In this document: positions 26,272-37,278 of the stretch, piece after piece | Position numbering within the stretch: the stretch's first letter is position 1 | Layout: each line of letters opens with the position of its first letter | From: an uncultured Eubacteriales bacterium | GTDB taxonomy: Bacteria; Bacillota; Clostridia; Oscillospirales; CAG-272 | DNA: 64,000 bases | Reading direction: 5' to 3' | Assembly: GCA_934434925.1 (NCBI GenBank) | Contig: CAKSAC010000001.1 | Span: forward strand, 20,029-84,028 | Position numbers and translations under genes: made by a program | The notes under the pieces: generated by a model | Seen by the model: the letters and a program-made list of their open reading frames with translations, nothing else | The model's database searches: none | Told to the model about the DNA's origin: nothing

Positions 26272-26715
26272 ATGAAGGTTGTACTGTTGCAGGACGTGAA
26301 AGGGCAGGGGAAGCGCGATCAGTTGATCGAGGTCTCCGACGGATACGCACGTAACTTCCTGTTGCCCCGCAAACTTGCCATAGAAGCGGATGCCAAGGTG
26401 ATGAATGAAATTCGCAATAAAGAGGAAGCACGACAGTACCGCGTGGCGGAAGAACAAAAAGCCGCCAAGGCGTTGGCCGCCCGCCTTTCTTCCGTTACGC
26501 TGAAGATTCGCTGTGCTTCCGGCGCGGACGGAAAGCTGTACGGCGCCGTTACCGCCAAGGATGTGGCTGACGCGCTTGAAAAAGATACGGGAATCACCGT
26601 GGATAAAAGAAAACTGACGCTGTCAGAGCCGATTCGCTCCTATGGGATGTATACGGCGGAAGTCCGTCTTTACACCGACATTGTCGGCAAATTCAGTATT
26701 GTCGTTCACGACTGA
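26272..26715 (+). CDS. rplI: 50S ribosomal protein L9
   Basis: [32 protein letters not shown] is the canonical L9 N-terminus. GGAGG lies 7 nt upstream of the ATG at 26272. Confidence 0.93.
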   Translation: MKVVLLQDVKGQGKRDQLIEVSDGYARNFLLPRKLAIEADAKVMNEIRNKEEARQYRVAEEQKAAKALAARLSSVTLKIRCASGADGKLYGAVTAKDVADALEKDTGITVDKRKLTLSEPIRSYGMYTAEVRLYTDIVGKFSIVVHD

Positions 26716-26723
26716 CAGCGGCC

Positions 26724-28082
26724 ATGAATGAAGAACTGGGAAAACGCCTTCCCATCTCGATTGAATCAGAGCAGGCGGTCCTCGGGAGCATTCTTTCAAG
26801 ACCGGACAGTTTTGAAAAAATCGCCGGTATCCTGAGTGAAGAGGATTTTGCCCAGGAAGAACACCGTAAGATTTTTTCCACCATGCGCTCCATGTTTACC
26901 GCCAGCAAGAGTATTGACCCGATCACACTGGTAAACAAACTGGTAGAGGACGGCGTGTACAACGAGTCCGGCGGGGTCGAATATATCCGCCAGATTGCCG
27001 TGAGCGTTCCGAACGCTTCCAATGTCGCGGAATATGCCCGCGCCATTCATGAAAAAGCGTTGCTCCGCCGGCTGATTTCCACCTGTGATGTCATTTCCGA
27101 CAACGCGTATGGTGAACAGGGAACCGCGGCGCAGATCATTGACGACGCGGAACAGCGGATTTTTGAGATTGCGGAAAAACGCGGATCCCGGGAAATGCGT
27201 CTGCTCCGGGATGTTGCGCAGAACGTATACGAAGACTTGCAGAGGCTTTCCGAAAATCCGTCGGAACTGCGCGGGGTCGCGACCGGATACTCCGGTCTTG
27301 ACAGCACCCTGGTGCAACTCGGGTACGGGGATTTTGTTATCGTCGGCGCGCGGCCGGCTATGGGTAAGACAAGTTTTGTTGTCAATATTGCGTCCAATGT
27401 TGCCAAGGCGACCAAAAAAGCGGTTTGCATCTTTTCTCTGGAAATGTCATCCGAACAGCTTGTCAACCGGATGCTTTCTTCCGAGGCACGTGTGGACAGC
27501 AGCGCCATGCGTCGCGGCTCTCTCACCCCCGACGACTGGGAGAGGCTTGCAAGCGCGGCGGCCGAACTTTCCGCCTGCGAAATATATCTGGATGATACCA
27601 CCAACATTTCGGTTACGGATATGAAGGGGAAACTCCGTCGCGTCAAAAATCTCGGCCTTGTGGTAGTCGATTATCTCCAACTTATGCAAAGCGGGCGAAA
27701 TATCGATAACCGGGTGCAGGAAGTATCGGATATTTCAAGGAACCTGAAATTGATGGCGAAGGAACTCGGCGTACCGATCCTTTGCTGTGCCCAGCTTTCC
27801 CGCAGTCCCGAAAAGAACCGCACCAGCAAAAAACCGATGATGAGCGACCTTCGCGACTCCGGTTCCATTGAACAGGATGCCGATGTCATCATGTTTCTGT
27901 ATCGTGACGACTATTACGCCGAAAACAAGGAAGAACCAATCTCCGAAAACGATACCAGCGCGATCGAGGTCATTATCGCCAAAAACCGCCATGGCTCTAC
28001 CGGAACGGTCAAAATGAATTTCGATAAAGCCTATACACGCTTCTATACAATCGATAATACAGGAGGAGCCCCGCCTGCATGA
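26724..28082 (+). CDS. dnaB: Replicative DNA helicase DnaB (DnaC in Bacillus nomenclature)
   Basis: 452 aa. DnaB N-terminal domain, Walker A GARPAMGKTS, and a RecA-like C-terminus. Confidence 0.95.
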   Translation: MNEELGKRLPISIESEQAVLGSILSRPDSFEKIAGILSEEDFAQEEHRKIFSTMRSMFTASKSIDPITLVNKLVEDGVYNESGGVEYIRQIAVSVPNASNVAEYARAIHEKALLRRLISTCDVISDNAYGEQGTAAQIIDDAEQRIFEIAEKRGSREMRLLRDVAQNVYEDLQRLSENPSELRGVATGYSGLDSTLVQLGYGDFVIVGARPAMGKTSFVVNIASNVAKATKKAVCIFSLEMSSEQLVNRMLSSEARVDSSAMRRGSLTPDDWERLASAAAELSACEIYLDDTTNISVTDMKGKLRRVKNLGLVVVDYLQLMQSGRNIDNRVQEVSDISRNLKLMAKELGVPILCCAQLSRSPEKNRTSKKPMMSDLRDSGSIEQDADVIMFLYRDDYYAENKEEPISENDTSAIEVIIAKNRHGSTGTVKMNFDKAYTRFYTIDNTGGAPPA

Positions 28083-29455
28083 ATTCTTTGCCGGACAGTC
28101 CGCTTTTTCGTTTTGCCTGTGAACGCGTATGCGGATTTATGGAAGAAACAGGCATGGCGGCGGGACTTTCAGGCGGCGTGCTTGTTGCGTTGTCCGGGGG
28201 TGCGGATTCGGTTTTTTTGCTGTATTTCCTTCATGCAATGAGGGAGAAAAAACCCTTTCCGCTGGCCGCTCTGCATGTGCATCATCATCTGCGCGGCGAG
28301 GAAGCCGACCGGGATGCCGCGTTCTGCGCGTCTTTGTGTCGCGAGTTATCCGTCTCTTTCTCCCTGTCACATGCCGATGTCCGGGCGGAAGCCGAGCGGT
28401 GCGGTCGCGGGATTGAAGAAACGGCGAGGATTGTGCGGTATCAGGCGCTTCGCAGGGAACTTTCGGCACACCCGGAGCTTTCCCGCATTGCGACGGCACA
28501 TAATGCGACCGACCGGGCAGAAACGATGCTTTTACACCTTCTGCGTGGCGGGGGGCTGCGTGCTTTATGCGGGATTCCGGCATTAACCGGAGAATTGATG
28601 AGACCGCTTTTGCCGCTCACGGGACGCGAAATCCGCGCCGCATTACGGGAGGCGGGAATCCGGTTCGTCGAGGACAGTACCAACGACGACACCGCATACG
28701 CCCGCAACTATCTGCGGCATGAGATTCTCCCCCGGCTGGAACCGCTTGCCCCGGAACCGGAAAAAATGTTCGGCCGGACGGCGGAAATTCTTTCGACAGA
28801 TGCCGCATATCTGGATTTTCAGACCGACGAAGCTCTGCGCCGCGGAAAAACCGACGAAGGCTTTCTTACGGAAAAACTGGCGGAATTGCCGGCCCCCATC
28901 CGGCGGCGCGTAATCGTCCGCCTTCATGAAGATGCGCGGGATGCGTGCGCATTTTCTCTTTCTCTCGGGCATACGCATATTTTGGAAATCGAAAAAAAAC
29001 TGACGGAGAAAAAGTCCTTTCGTCTTTCGGTTCCGGCGGGGCTTTCTGCCGTTTCGGAAAACGGGTTCTTTTCGTTTCTTCCTTCCGGGCAAGCGCAACC
29101 GGAGAAAGAGGAGATTCTTTTGCAGGAAGGGGAAAACGCCTTTCCGGGCGGCTATATATTGACCGTCCGGCGGGAAGAAAACAGGACTTTTCTCGCTTGT
29201 TTTTCAAATCTTCACAAAATTGACACCAAGACGGCAATTTCTTCTGCTACAATAAGAGGGAATTTGCGTGCGAGAGTGCGCCGCGGCGGGGATAAATACC
29301 GGTATCGCGGGCATGATCACACGGTGAAAAATGTTATGAACGAAGTCGGCATTCCCGCCGGGATTCGTGCAGGTTACCCGGTGGTTGCCGATGAAGCCGG
29401 GGTGCTCTGGATTCCGGGCGGCCCGGTGCGCGAAAACCGAACACGGCATGAATAA
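28079..29455 (+). CDS. tilS: tRNA(Ile)-lysidine synthase TilS
   Basis: PP-loop motif SGGADS. ATGA overlap with the dnaB stop. tilS-hpt-ftsH order as in Bacillus. Confidence 0.85.
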   Translation: MNSLPDSPLFRFACERVCGFMEETGMAAGLSGGVLVALSGGADSVFLLYFLHAMREKKPFPLAALHVHHHLRGEEADRDAAFCASLCRELSVSFSLSHADVRAEAERCGRGIEETARIVRYQALRRELSAHPELSRIATAHNATDRAETMLLHLLRGGGLRALCGIPALTGELMRPLLPLTGREIRAALREAGIRFVEDSTNDDTAYARNYLRHEILPRLEPLAPEPEKMFGRTAEILSTDAAYLDFQTDEALRRGKTDEGFLTEKLAELPAPIRRRVIVRLHEDARDACAFSLSLGHTHILEIEKKLTEKKSFRLSVPAGLSAVSENGFFSFLPSGQAQPEKEEILLQEGENAFPGGYILTVRREENRTFLACFSNLHKIDTKTAISSATIRGNLRARVRRGGDKYRYRGHDHTVKNVMNEVGIPAGIRAGYPVVADEAGVLWIPGGPVRENRTRHE

Positions 29456-29476
29456 AGCCATTCTTTGGAGGAAAAG

Positions 29477-30034
29477 ATGAATAAAGACATTGCAAGAGTT
29501 ATGATATCCGAGGAAGAACTGGATACGGTCATTACCCGGTTGGCAATCGAGATCGACCGAGACTATGCCGATACCGGCAGGCGCGTCCTGCTTCTCGGGA
29601 TTTTGAAAGGTTCGGTCATTTTCATGGGTGAACTGATGAAAAAAATCACCATTCCCGTAGAGATTGATTTTATGAAAGTGTCCTCTTACGGCTCTTCCAC
29701 AAAATCTTCCGGGAATATCAACATCCTGCTCGACCTCGTCCGTAAGGATATTGAAAAATGCGACATTATTATTGTGGAAGATATTATTGACAGCGGGCGC
29801 ACGTTGATGTACTTGGTCGAATATCTGCTTCACAAAGGGGCGCACAGCGTCCGCACCTGCACGTTGCTCGATAAAGCATCGCGCCGTGAGGTCGATTTCC
29901 AGCCTGACTATGTCGGGAAAGTCATTGAAGATGAATTTGTAGTCGGGTATGGGCTCGACTATGATGAAAAATACCGGACGCTTCCGTATATAGGGGTATT
30001 GAAACCCGAAGTGTACGGCGTTTCCGACAATTAA
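29477..30034 (+). CDS. hpt: Hypoxanthine phosphoribosyltransferase
   Basis: PRPP-binding motif IIVEDIIDSGRT. ATG at 29477, preceded by GGAGG. The ORF-track TTG at 29465 is less likely. Confidence 0.9.
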   Translation: MNKDIARVMISEEELDTVITRLAIEIDRDYADTGRRVLLLGILKGSVIFMGELMKKITIPVEIDFMKVSSYGSSTKSSGNINILLDLVRKDIEKCDIIIVEDIIDSGRTLMYLVEYLLHKGAHSVRTCTLLDKASRREVDFQPDYVGKVIEDEFVVGYGLDYDEKYRTLPYIGVLKPEVYGVSDN

Positions 30035-30063
30035 GCATGTAAAGAAAGGCACGGATACTCTGC

Positions 30064-32130
30064 ATGAAAGCGAACATGAAACATGTGGTCCTTCTTCTTC
30101 TGATGGTTGCCGTTTTCATTTTCGGAGCGGTTATCATTTCGGATATGGTGACGGAAAAAGAAACCTTCACCTACGGACAGCTTATCAAGCTGTTTGAGGA
30201 AGACAACGTAAAAAGTTTTTCCATTAACACGGACGGGTATATCACCATCGTCACAGCGGACGAAGTGCCGAAAAAGCACACGTATCGCTTTGCGTACCAG
30301 ATGCAACTGGAGCGTGTGGAAAAATATGTGGCAGAAGGGCGCACATTGCCCGACGGAACCAAACAGCCGCTTCAGAACCTGGATGTAGCGGCCTGCGATT
30401 TCGAGCAGCCGGTCAATCGCCCGTGGATACTGGAATATCTGCCGTATATCATTCTGGTCATTCTCGTCGGCGGGTTCTTCATTTATATGGTAAATCAGAC
30501 AACGGGCCGCGGCGGAAAGATGAATTCTTTTGCCCGGGCGCATGCCAAGGTCGGCGGTTCGCAGAAAAACCCCGTCAAGTTTTCCGATGTGGCGGGAGCC
30601 GATGAAGAAAAGGCCGAATTACAGGAAGTGGTAGAATTCTTGCGTGACCCGGGCCGATATACGAAGCTCGGCGCCAGGATTCCGCACGGCGTTCTGCTTG
30701 TTGGCCCTCCCGGAACCGGTAAAACCCTTTTGGCAAGAGCCGTGGCAGGGGAGGCCGGCGTTCCGTTCTATTCGATTTCCGGATCGGATTTTGTGGAAAT
30801 GTATGTCGGCGTTGGTGCGTCTCGTGTGCGCGACCTTTTTGAAACGGCGCGCAAATCCCCGGCCAGCATTGTCTTTATCGACGAAATTGATGCGGTAGGA
30901 CGGCATCGCGGTGCCGGCCTCGGAGGCGGACATGATGAACGCGAACAAACGCTGAACCAGCTCCTTGTCGAGATGGACGGCTTTGATAAGCATGAAGGCA
31001 TTATTGTAATCGCCGCCACAAACCGCCCCGATATTTTGGACCCGGCGCTTCTTCGCCCCGGCCGTTTCGACCGGCAGATCACCGTGAACTATCCTGATAT
31101 CAAGGGGAGAGAGGCCATTCTGCACGTTCACGCGCGCGGCAAGCCGTTTGAAAGCAATGTGGACTTTGCCAAGATCGCGCAAACGACCGTCGGATTTACC
31201 GGCGCGGACCTTGCCAATCTGCTCAATGAAGCGGCGTTGCTTGCCGCCCGCAACGGGCGTTCGCTTATCCGGAACGAGGATGTGCAGGACGCGTATATGA
31301 AGGTGGTCCTCGGGCCGAAAAAGAGCGCCAAAATACGCACGGAATATGACAACAGGCTCTGTGCTTATCATGAAGCCGGGCATGCGGTGGTTTCCTATTA
31401 TTGCAAACATTCCGACCCGGTCAAGCATATCACGATCGTTCCTTCCGGCATGGCCGGCGGCGTTACCCTGTTAGTACCGGAGAAAGACCGTATGACGACA
31501 TCGCGCGGGCAGATGACCGACGATATTATTGTCTCGCTCGGCGGCCGCGCGGCCGAGGAATTGGCGATGGATGATGTTTCCACCGGGGCTTCCAACGATA
31601 TCCAAAAGGCGACGGCGGTTGCCCGGAATATGGTCACCCGATACGGCATGAGCGAAAAGCTCGGCACGGTCCTGTACGGCTCCGAGCATTCCGCCGACGA
31701 GGTCTTCCTGGGGCGCGATTTCTCCTCCGGTAAGAATTATTCCGAAAAAACTGCCGCGGAGATTGATGACGAAATCCGTTCGATCATCGATAAGGCATAT
31801 GAAACCTGCCGCGAGATTCTGTCTCAGCATATGGATAAACTTGAATTGGTGGCCGGATATCTTCTGAAATATGAGACAATGGACGGCGATCAGTTCCTGG
31901 CGGCCATGGAGCGCGAAGGGATTACCTTTGCGGAGATTGAATCCATTGCCATCGAGAAAAAACGCAAAAGCGACGAAGAAGATGCCCGCGTGCGGGAAGA
32001 GGAAGAACGTCGCCGCGAGGAAGAGGAACGCCGCGCGCGCGAAGAATTTGAACGGCAATTCCCGGTTGCGGGACGAGATGATACCTCTGCCGGCCGCACC
32101 GACGACGACCAAAACAACGACAGAGGCTGA
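30064..32130 (+). CDS. ftsH: ATP-dependent zinc metalloprotease FtsH
   Basis: 688 aa. Two TM segments, an AAA module (GPPGTGKT), a zinc site HEAGHA, and an acidic/basic C-terminal tail. Confidence 0.95.
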   Translation: MKANMKHVVLLLLMVAVFIFGAVIISDMVTEKETFTYGQLIKLFEEDNVKSFSINTDGYITIVTADEVPKKHTYRFAYQMQLERVEKYVAEGRTLPDGTKQPLQNLDVAACDFEQPVNRPWILEYLPYIILVILVGGFFIYMVNQTTGRGGKMNSFARAHAKVGGSQKNPVKFSDVAGADEEKAELQEVVEFLRDPGRYTKLGARIPHGVLLVGPPGTGKTLLARAVAGEAGVPFYSISGSDFVEMYVGVGASRVRDLFETARKSPASIVFIDEIDAVGRHRGAGLGGGHDEREQTLNQLLVEMDGFDKHEGIIVIAATNRPDILDPALLRPGRFDRQITVNYPDIKGREAILHVHARGKPFESNVDFAKIAQTTVGFTGADLANLLNEAALLAARNGRSLIRNEDVQDAYMKVVLGPKKSAKIRTEYDNRLCAYHEAGHAVVSYYCKHSDPVKHITIVPSGMAGGVTLLVPEKDRMTTSRGQMTDDIIVSLGGRAAEELAMDDVSTGASNDIQKATAVARNMVTRYGMSEKLGTVLYGSEHSADEVFLGRDFSSGKNYSEKTAAEIDDEIRSIIDKAYETCREILSQHMDKLELVAGYLLKYETMDGDQFLAAMEREGITFAEIESIAIEKKRKSDEEDARVREEEERRREEEERRAREEFERQFPVAGRDDTSAGRTDDDQNNDRG

Positions 32131-32154
32131 CACGGCCGATATCGGTTATACGGA

Positions 32155-32187
32155 ACAGGGAACGGTGGCTACCGTTCCCTGTTTTTC
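32155..32187 (+). terminator. Intrinsic terminator after ftsH
   Basis: 12-bp perfect stem ACAGGGAACGGT-ggct-ACCGTTCCCTGT, followed by TTTTT. Confidence 0.85.
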
Positions 32188-32235
32188 AAAGCCCAAAAAA
32201 GCAAGAAGTGAACGCGCAATTCCTCGTCAAATTAC

Positions 32236-32263
32236 AAAAAGAAAGCGGCCGACAGGCCGCTTT
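32236..32263 (-). terminator. Intrinsic terminator after the decarboxylase operon
   Basis: AAAGCGGCC-gaca-GGCCGCTTT, with a T-run on the minus strand (the A-run at 32236-32240 on plus). Confidence 0.8.
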
Positions 32264-32287
32264 CGGATTTTATAAACATATGTCCGG

Positions 32288-33682
32288 TCAGACCGAATGA
32301 ATTCCGTTCTGCGGATCGCTGTTTGGGTCGATCTTGTGCCGCTGCATTTTGCGCCATTCAAAGAACTTGATGGCTACATTTTCAAAGAGTGCCAGAGAGA
32401 GAAGATCCTCTTCTTGCTCTTCGTAGGGCATTACGCGTTCGCGGAGCGACTCGATTTCGGGTTTCAGATCGTCTGCGGGGCGGTGGTCGATCGGGGGGAG
32501 GTCCCCGATGATCTTTTTCCGGAAGGAAGGATCGATCGGAGCCGGGGTCTTTCCGTACTCTCCGCGCACCAAACCGCGGAATTCTTTGGTGGTGCTGGAA
32601 TAGCGATTACCGGAGATCACATTCATGACAGCCTGTGTGCCGACAATCTGGGAAGTGGGTGTAACAAGCGGCGGATAACCGGCGTCTTCACGGACGCGCG
32701 GAACCTCAGCCAGCACTTCGTCCAGTTTGTTCAGCTGTCCGGCGGCTTTCAGCTGGGATACAAGGTTGGAAAGCATTCCGCCCGGAACCTGATAACGCAG
32801 GGCATTGACATCGACTTTCAGCACTTTCGGGTCGATCAGGCCGCTGGCAAGGTATTCGGCGCGGATATCGGCAAAATACTTGGAAACCACATTGAGTTTT
32901 TCAAGATCAAGGCCGGTATCGTAAGGCGTTCCGGCCAGGGTGGCAACAATGGATTCCGTCGGCATTTGGGATGTGCCCATGGCGAGAGGAGAAATGGCGG
33001 TATCGATAACGTCCACACCGGCTTCGACGGCTTTTAAGATGGTCATGGACGCAAGGCCGGTCGTATAATGTGTGTGAAGCTGAATCGGAACCTTGACGCG
33101 CGATTTGATGGCTTTAACAAGCTGGAAGGCATCATAAGGTTTGAGGAGGCCGGCCATATCCTTGATACAGATCGAGTTTGCCCCCATATCTTCAAGTTGC
33201 TTGGCATAGTTGGCAAAGAACTCATTGTTATGGACGGGGCTGGTCGTATAACTGATGGCCGCCTGCACATGGCCGCCTTCTTTAACGGTTGCCCGGATAG
33301 CGGTTTCCAGATTGCGGGGATCGTTCAGCGCATCGAAAATACGGATAATATCAATCCCGTTGGCAATAGACTTCTGCACAAAATATTCCACGACATCATC
33401 AGAGTAATGGCGATAGCCGAGGATGTTCTGCCCGCGGAAGAGCATCTGGAGTTTTGTGTTTTTCACACGGTTCCGGATTGCGCGAAGACGTTCCCACGGG
33501 TCTTCATGCAGGAAGCGGAGACAGGAATCAAAGGTCGCTCCGCCCCATGCTTCCAGCGAATAATATCCGACCTGATCCATGGCTTCGAGGATGGGAAGCA
33601 TCTGCTCGGTCGTCATCCGGGTGGCGGCAAGGGATTGGTGAGCGTCACGAAGGACGGTTTCTGTAATGAAAACTTTGGACAT
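32288..33682 (-). CDS. OadA / transcarboxylase-5S-type carboxyltransferase subunit (no biotinyl domain)
   Basis: 464 aa. N-terminus ITETVLRDAHQSL...EAWGGATFD is typical of oxaloacetate decarboxylase alpha, pyruvate carboxylase B and 5S subunits. No AMKM biotinylation motif in this ORF. Confidence 0.85.
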   Translation of the reverse strand: MSKVFITETVLRDAHQSLAATRMTTEQMLPILEAMDQVGYYSLEAWGGATFDSCLRFLHEDPWERLRAIRNRVKNTKLQMLFRGQNILGYRHYSDDVVEYFVQKSIANGIDIIRIFDALNDPRNLETAIRATVKEGGHVQAAISYTTSPVHNNEFFANYAKQLEDMGANSICIKDMAGLLKPYDAFQLVKAIKSRVKVPIQLHTHYTTGLASMTILKAVEAGVDVIDTAISPLAMGTSQMPTESIVATLAGTPYDTGLDLEKLNVVSKYFADIRAEYLASGLIDPKVLKVDVNALRYQVPGGMLSNLVSQLKAAGQLNKLDEVLAEVPRVREDAGYPPLVTPTSQIVGTQAVMNVISGNRYSSTTKEFRGLVRGEYGKTPAPIDPSFRKKIIGDLPPIDHRPADDLKPEIESLRERVMPYEEQEEDLLSLALFENVAIKFFEWRKMQRHKIDPNSDPQNGIHSV

Positions 33683-33710
33683 CGTATTTTCCCTTTCTTA
33701 ATAACGGTAA

Positions 33711-34955
33711 TCAGGCAAACCAGGTGAGAAAGACTCCGGCGGCAACGGCAGAACCGATAACGCCGGCCACGTTCGGCCCCATGGCATGCATAAGCAGGAA
33801 GTTGGTGGGGTTTTCTTTCCGGCCGACATCCTGCGCCACGCGCGCCGCCATCGGCACGGCGGAAACACCGGCACTGCCGATCAACGGGTTGATCTTTCCA
33901 TGGGTCATGGCGCACATGAGCTTCCCGAAAAGAAGGCCGCCGCAGGTGGAGAGAATAAAGGCGCAAAGGCCGAGGGCGATAATCTTCAACGTATCAACGG
34001 CGAGGAAGTTCTGCGCGTTGGCGGTAGCGCCTACCGAAACGCCGAGGAAGATTGTCACGATATTGATGAGTTCATTTTGCGCGGTCTTGGAAAGACGGTC
34101 CGTGACGCCGCAGACATTGAAGAGGTTGCCGAGCATCAGGAAACCGACCAGCGGGGCGGCATCCGGAACGATCAGAACGACGATCAATGTAACGATGATG
34201 GGGAAGAGAACCTTTTCCAGTTTGCTGACGGGACGGAGCGTGGACATAACGATGGAACGTTCTTTTTTGGTGGTCAGCAGTTTCATGCAGGGCGGCTGGA
34301 TCATCGGGATCAAGGCCATGTAACTGTAAGCCGCGATTGCAATGGCACCGAGGAGTTCGGGTGCCAGGATTTTGGTAACAAGAATGGCGGTAGGTCCGTC
34401 CGCACCGCCGATGATTCCGATAGCGGCAGACTGCATCGGAGAAAATCCGAGAATCAACGCAAAGAAGAAGGCGGCAAATACACCGAACTGCGCGGCCGCG
34501 CCGAGCAGAAGGCTTTTCGGGTTGGCAATCAGGGGAGAGAAGTCGGTCATGGCACCGATGCCGAGGAAGATCAGCGAGGGATAAACGCCGAGCTTCACAC
34601 CGAGATAAATAATATCCACAAGACCGCCGGTATTGATGACTTCTTTGATCATTGCCGAAAGCATTACATGCCCGTTGGAAAAGACCTGGGCGTTATCGAT
34701 ACCGTATTTGGCGATATAATATTCATCAAAAAAGAGATCGGAATGCATGAGATTGGCACCGGGAAGATTGGCAAGTAACATACCGAAAGCAATCGGGATA
34801 AGGAGCATCGGTTCAAACTGTTTTACCACCGCGAGATAGAAAAGCACACCGATAATGACATACATGACCAGCGTTTTCCATCCCCCGTTCTGAAACAGTT
34901 GGGCGACCCCTGTATTGCTACAAAAGTTGCCTATGTTTTCGAGGATCTGATTCAT
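33711..34955 (-). CDS. Na+-transporting decarboxylase beta subunit (OadB/MmdB/GcdB family)
   Basis: 414-aa polytopic membrane protein with typical family sequence throughout. Confidence 0.9.
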   Translation of the reverse strand: MNQILENIGNFCSNTGVAQLFQNGGWKTLVMYVIIGVLFYLAVVKQFEPMLLIPIAFGMLLANLPGANLMHSDLFFDEYYIAKYGIDNAQVFSNGHVMLSAMIKEVINTGGLVDIIYLGVKLGVYPSLIFLGIGAMTDFSPLIANPKSLLLGAAAQFGVFAAFFFALILGFSPMQSAAIGIIGGADGPTAILVTKILAPELLGAIAIAAYSYMALIPMIQPPCMKLLTTKKERSIVMSTLRPVSKLEKVLFPIIVTLIVVLIVPDAAPLVGFLMLGNLFNVCGVTDRLSKTAQNELINIVTIFLGVSVGATANAQNFLAVDTLKIIALGLCAFILSTCGGLLFGKLMCAMTHGKINPLIGSAGVSAVPMAARVAQDVGRKENPTNFLLMHAMGPNVAGVIGSAVAAGVFLTWFA

Positions 34956-34972
34956 ACCGGGTATCCTCCCTG

Positions 34973-35365
34973 TCAGTTCAAGGAGAAGAGGATATCACCG
35001 GCGGCAACAGAGGAACCCTTGGAAGTATTGATTGCGGCAACTTTGCCGTCGCAGGGAGCGGGAATATCATTTTCCATCTTCATGGCTTCTAACACGCACA
35101 GGGTCTCGCCTCTTTTGACAGTGGCGCCGACGGCGACCTTGATTTCAAGAATCGTGCCGGGCATCGGGGAAGCGACGGGGGTAGAACCGGCAGGAGCGGC
35201 GACAGGCGCAGCTTTCGGAGCGGCGGGAGCGGCAGGGGCCGCGGCAGGGGCCGGAGCGGCGACGGGAGCCACAGGGGATACAGGAGCGGACGCGCCTGTG
35301 GCATCGGCTTCTTCAACCAGAACCTCGTAGGTGGTACCATTGACGGTGATATTGTATTTTTTCAT
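34973..35365 (-). CDS. Biotin carboxyl carrier subunit (MmdC/GcdC-like)
   Basis: 130 aa from the ATG at 35363-35365. Ala/Pro linker and biotinylation motif EAMKM. Confidence 0.85.
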   Translation of the reverse strand: MKKYNITVNGTTYEVLVEEADATGASAPVSPVAPVAAPAPAAAPAAPAAPKAAPVAAPAGSTPVASPMPGTILEIKVAVGATVKRGETLCVLEAMKMENDIPAPCDGKVAAINTSKGSSVAAGDILFSLN

Positions 35366-35399
35366 TTTGATTTCTCCATTTCTCCGCGTGTGCGGCACT

Positions 35400-35741
35400 T
35401 TATTTTCTTTTGAAGGACACCACGCGGAAGCGGGTGGCGGGGGCGGATTCCGAGGCGGCGACTGCGGCACTCAGGACGGCAATCAGCTCACTGTCGTCCG
35501 TTGTCCGGTCGGAGACCTGAACGGTTGCGGCCGGAGCCGGGGTCGGGGCGGCGGGTTTATCCGGAATGCGGCGCATCGCATAACCGAGCAGTTCCAGCAT
35601 AAGCCAGAGCAGAGCCAAAACGGCAAAAACGATCAGCATACCGATCAGCAACATCTGGGCCCCGTAAAGGACCGCGTCGCCAAAGGGAACGTTTTGTTGT
35701 CCTTTATCGATTTCCAGGAGAAGAAAAACAGGAAGTTTCAA
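35400..35741 (-). CDS. OadG / MmdD-like small membrane anchor subunit
   Basis: 113 aa. One TM helix (LLIGMLIVFAVLALLWLML), then an Ala/Pro-rich linker. Its position between the carboxyltransferase and carrier genes matches the mmdADCB layout. Start uncertain. Confidence 0.6.
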   Translation of the reverse strand: MKLPVFLLLEIDKGQQNVPFGDAVLYGAQMLLIGMLIVFAVLALLWLMLELLGYAMRRIPDKPAAPTPAPAATVQVSDRTTDDSELIAVLSAAVAASESAPATRFRVVSFKRK

Positions 35742-35753
35742 GGTCTTACCTCC

Positions 35754-37193
35754 TTACAGGGGATTGACATTGTGCAGACGGGAGCGGACGGAACTTTTCG
35801 CCGCCAGCATCTGCAAAGCCGAGCAGATACATACGCGCAACTCGTTGACACTGACAATGTCGTCGATCTCGCCGAGGGAAGCCGCGGCTACCGGAGAGGC
35901 AAGAGAAGCGCGCCATTCGTTCATCAGGTCCTCGCGCGATTTATCGGGCGTGATCAGATTGTTCCATGCAAAGGCCACAGAGACTTCGGTGGAAAGAGCG
36001 CCGATTTCGCTTTCGTCAAGCGCATAGGCAATATCCGCGCCGAGGGCTTTGGAGCCGAGCAGGGAGAAGGCGGCGCCGATTGCGTGACCGAGGATTACGG
36101 TAACCTTCGGATTGACCGATTTCGCATAGGCCATGGCGAGCCGGGCAAGATCGGCGGAGAAGGGCGCGTTTTCGGATTCATCACAGACGGTAAGCCCCAT
36201 GGAGTCAACCAAGGTGACGAGCGGAATCGAGAAAGCGTCGCAGAATTCGACAAAGCGGGCGGCCTTGCGCGCCGCGTCGGCAGTCAGCCGGCCTTCTTCA
36301 ATGGCGTAAGAGGTTCCGAGAAAGCCGCATTTGACGCCGCCGACGGTTGAAAAAGCAGTCGTCAGTACCGGTGCGAATTCATGGGAGACTTCCAGGAAAA
36401 TCCCGTTGTCGGCCACGGCGGAGATCGCCGCGTTGACATCTCCCGCAAAATCACGGTTGCCGAGCATCCGGTTCAGGTTGTCGGCCGTACCTTCCATATG
36501 TACGCCTTCTCCCGCGCAATCGGGCAGATAGGAGAGAAGATTGCGGGCATATACGATCGCTGTCTGGCGATCTTCTGCCGCATAGGCGGTGATAGGCGCT
36601 TGCGAGTCACGGCTGCCGGCAAATTCGGGCGAAGTAACGTACAGATTGGCGTTTCTCGCTTTTACGGTGAAGTCAAACATGGCGGCGACGGATGCCATCG
36701 TTCCGATACAGTTGCCGGTGATAACGGCGATCTGCGGAACGGTACCCGACGCGGCGGAAACCGCTTTCATAATCCGGCTGTAAGCCGCGAGTGCGGCGGC
36801 TCCCTCAAAAATATCGGCTCCGGCACAATCAAACATCCCGACAACGGGCGCGCCGTTTTTCAGAGCCATATCGTAAAGCATGCAGATTTTTTTGGCGTGG
36901 TTTGCATCCATTGCGCCCCTCATGCGCGCTCCGTCCTGGGCAAAGGCATACACAAGACGGCCGTCCACGGAACCGTAGCCGCAAAGCACCCCTTCCAGTT
37001 CGTCGTGTTCCGCTTCCGCATATTCGCAAAAGTTCCTCTTTGTGAAAGCGCCCAGCTCCACGAAGGTGTCCTTATCGAAAAGCGTGCCGAGATTGTTTCT
37101 GGCCTCCGACTGAGACAGATCGGAAAGCGACGCTTTCAGCTCCTCCGCCGTCGGTAAAACAAAAGCGGTTTTCAGATTTTTGTACTTGTCCAA
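35754..37193 (-). CDS. Acyl-CoA carboxyltransferase subunit (MmdA / GcdA / 12S-like)
   Basis: Carboxyl_trans family sequence throughout. The ORF-track TTG at 37305-37307 is the last three bases of the predicted -35 box (TTGACA, 37302-37307), so the real start must lie downstream. The in-frame TTG at 37191-37193 is a tentative choice. See finding 5. Confidence 0.75.
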   Translation of the reverse strand: MDKYKNLKTAFVLPTAEELKASLSDLSQSEARNNLGTLFDKDTFVELGAFTKRNFCEYAEAEHDELEGVLCGYGSVDGRLVYAFAQDGARMRGAMDANHAKKICMLYDMALKNGAPVVGMFDCAGADIFEGAAALAAYSRIMKAVSAASGTVPQIAVITGNCIGTMASVAAMFDFTVKARNANLYVTSPEFAGSRDSQAPITAYAAEDRQTAIVYARNLLSYLPDCAGEGVHMEGTADNLNRMLGNRDFAGDVNAAISAVADNGIFLEVSHEFAPVLTTAFSTVGGVKCGFLGTSYAIEEGRLTADAARKAARFVEFCDAFSIPLVTLVDSMGLTVCDESENAPFSADLARLAMAYAKSVNPKVTVILGHAIGAAFSLLGSKALGADIAYALDESEIGALSTEVSVAFAWNNLITPDKSREDLMNEWRASLASPVAAASLGEIDDIVSVNELRVCICSALQMLAAKSSVRSRLHNVNPL

Positions 37194-37278
37194 GATACTG
37201 TACGATTTGCCATAGGCAAATCTTCTCCTTCCGTAAATTTTTCGGACTTCCGGGAAAGTCCAAATTCCACCGCATATC

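Noticed and set aside
24218-26431. 737-aa ORF on the minus strand covering all of gdpP and the start of rplI
   Set aside because: The plus strand encodes a protein with clear TM, DHH and GGGH motifs in the conserved gdpP-rplI-dnaB context. The antisense product has no recognisable motif, no RBS and an Arg/Pro/Gly-rich composition. It looks like a typical shadow ORF of a GC-rich coding region.
26724-28082. Proximity of gdpP-rplI-dnaB suggested oriC or DnaA-box clusters might be in the window
   Set aside because: I found no TTATCCACA / TGTGGATAA boxes or AT-rich unwinding element in any intergenic spacer. No dnaA or dnaN gene is present.
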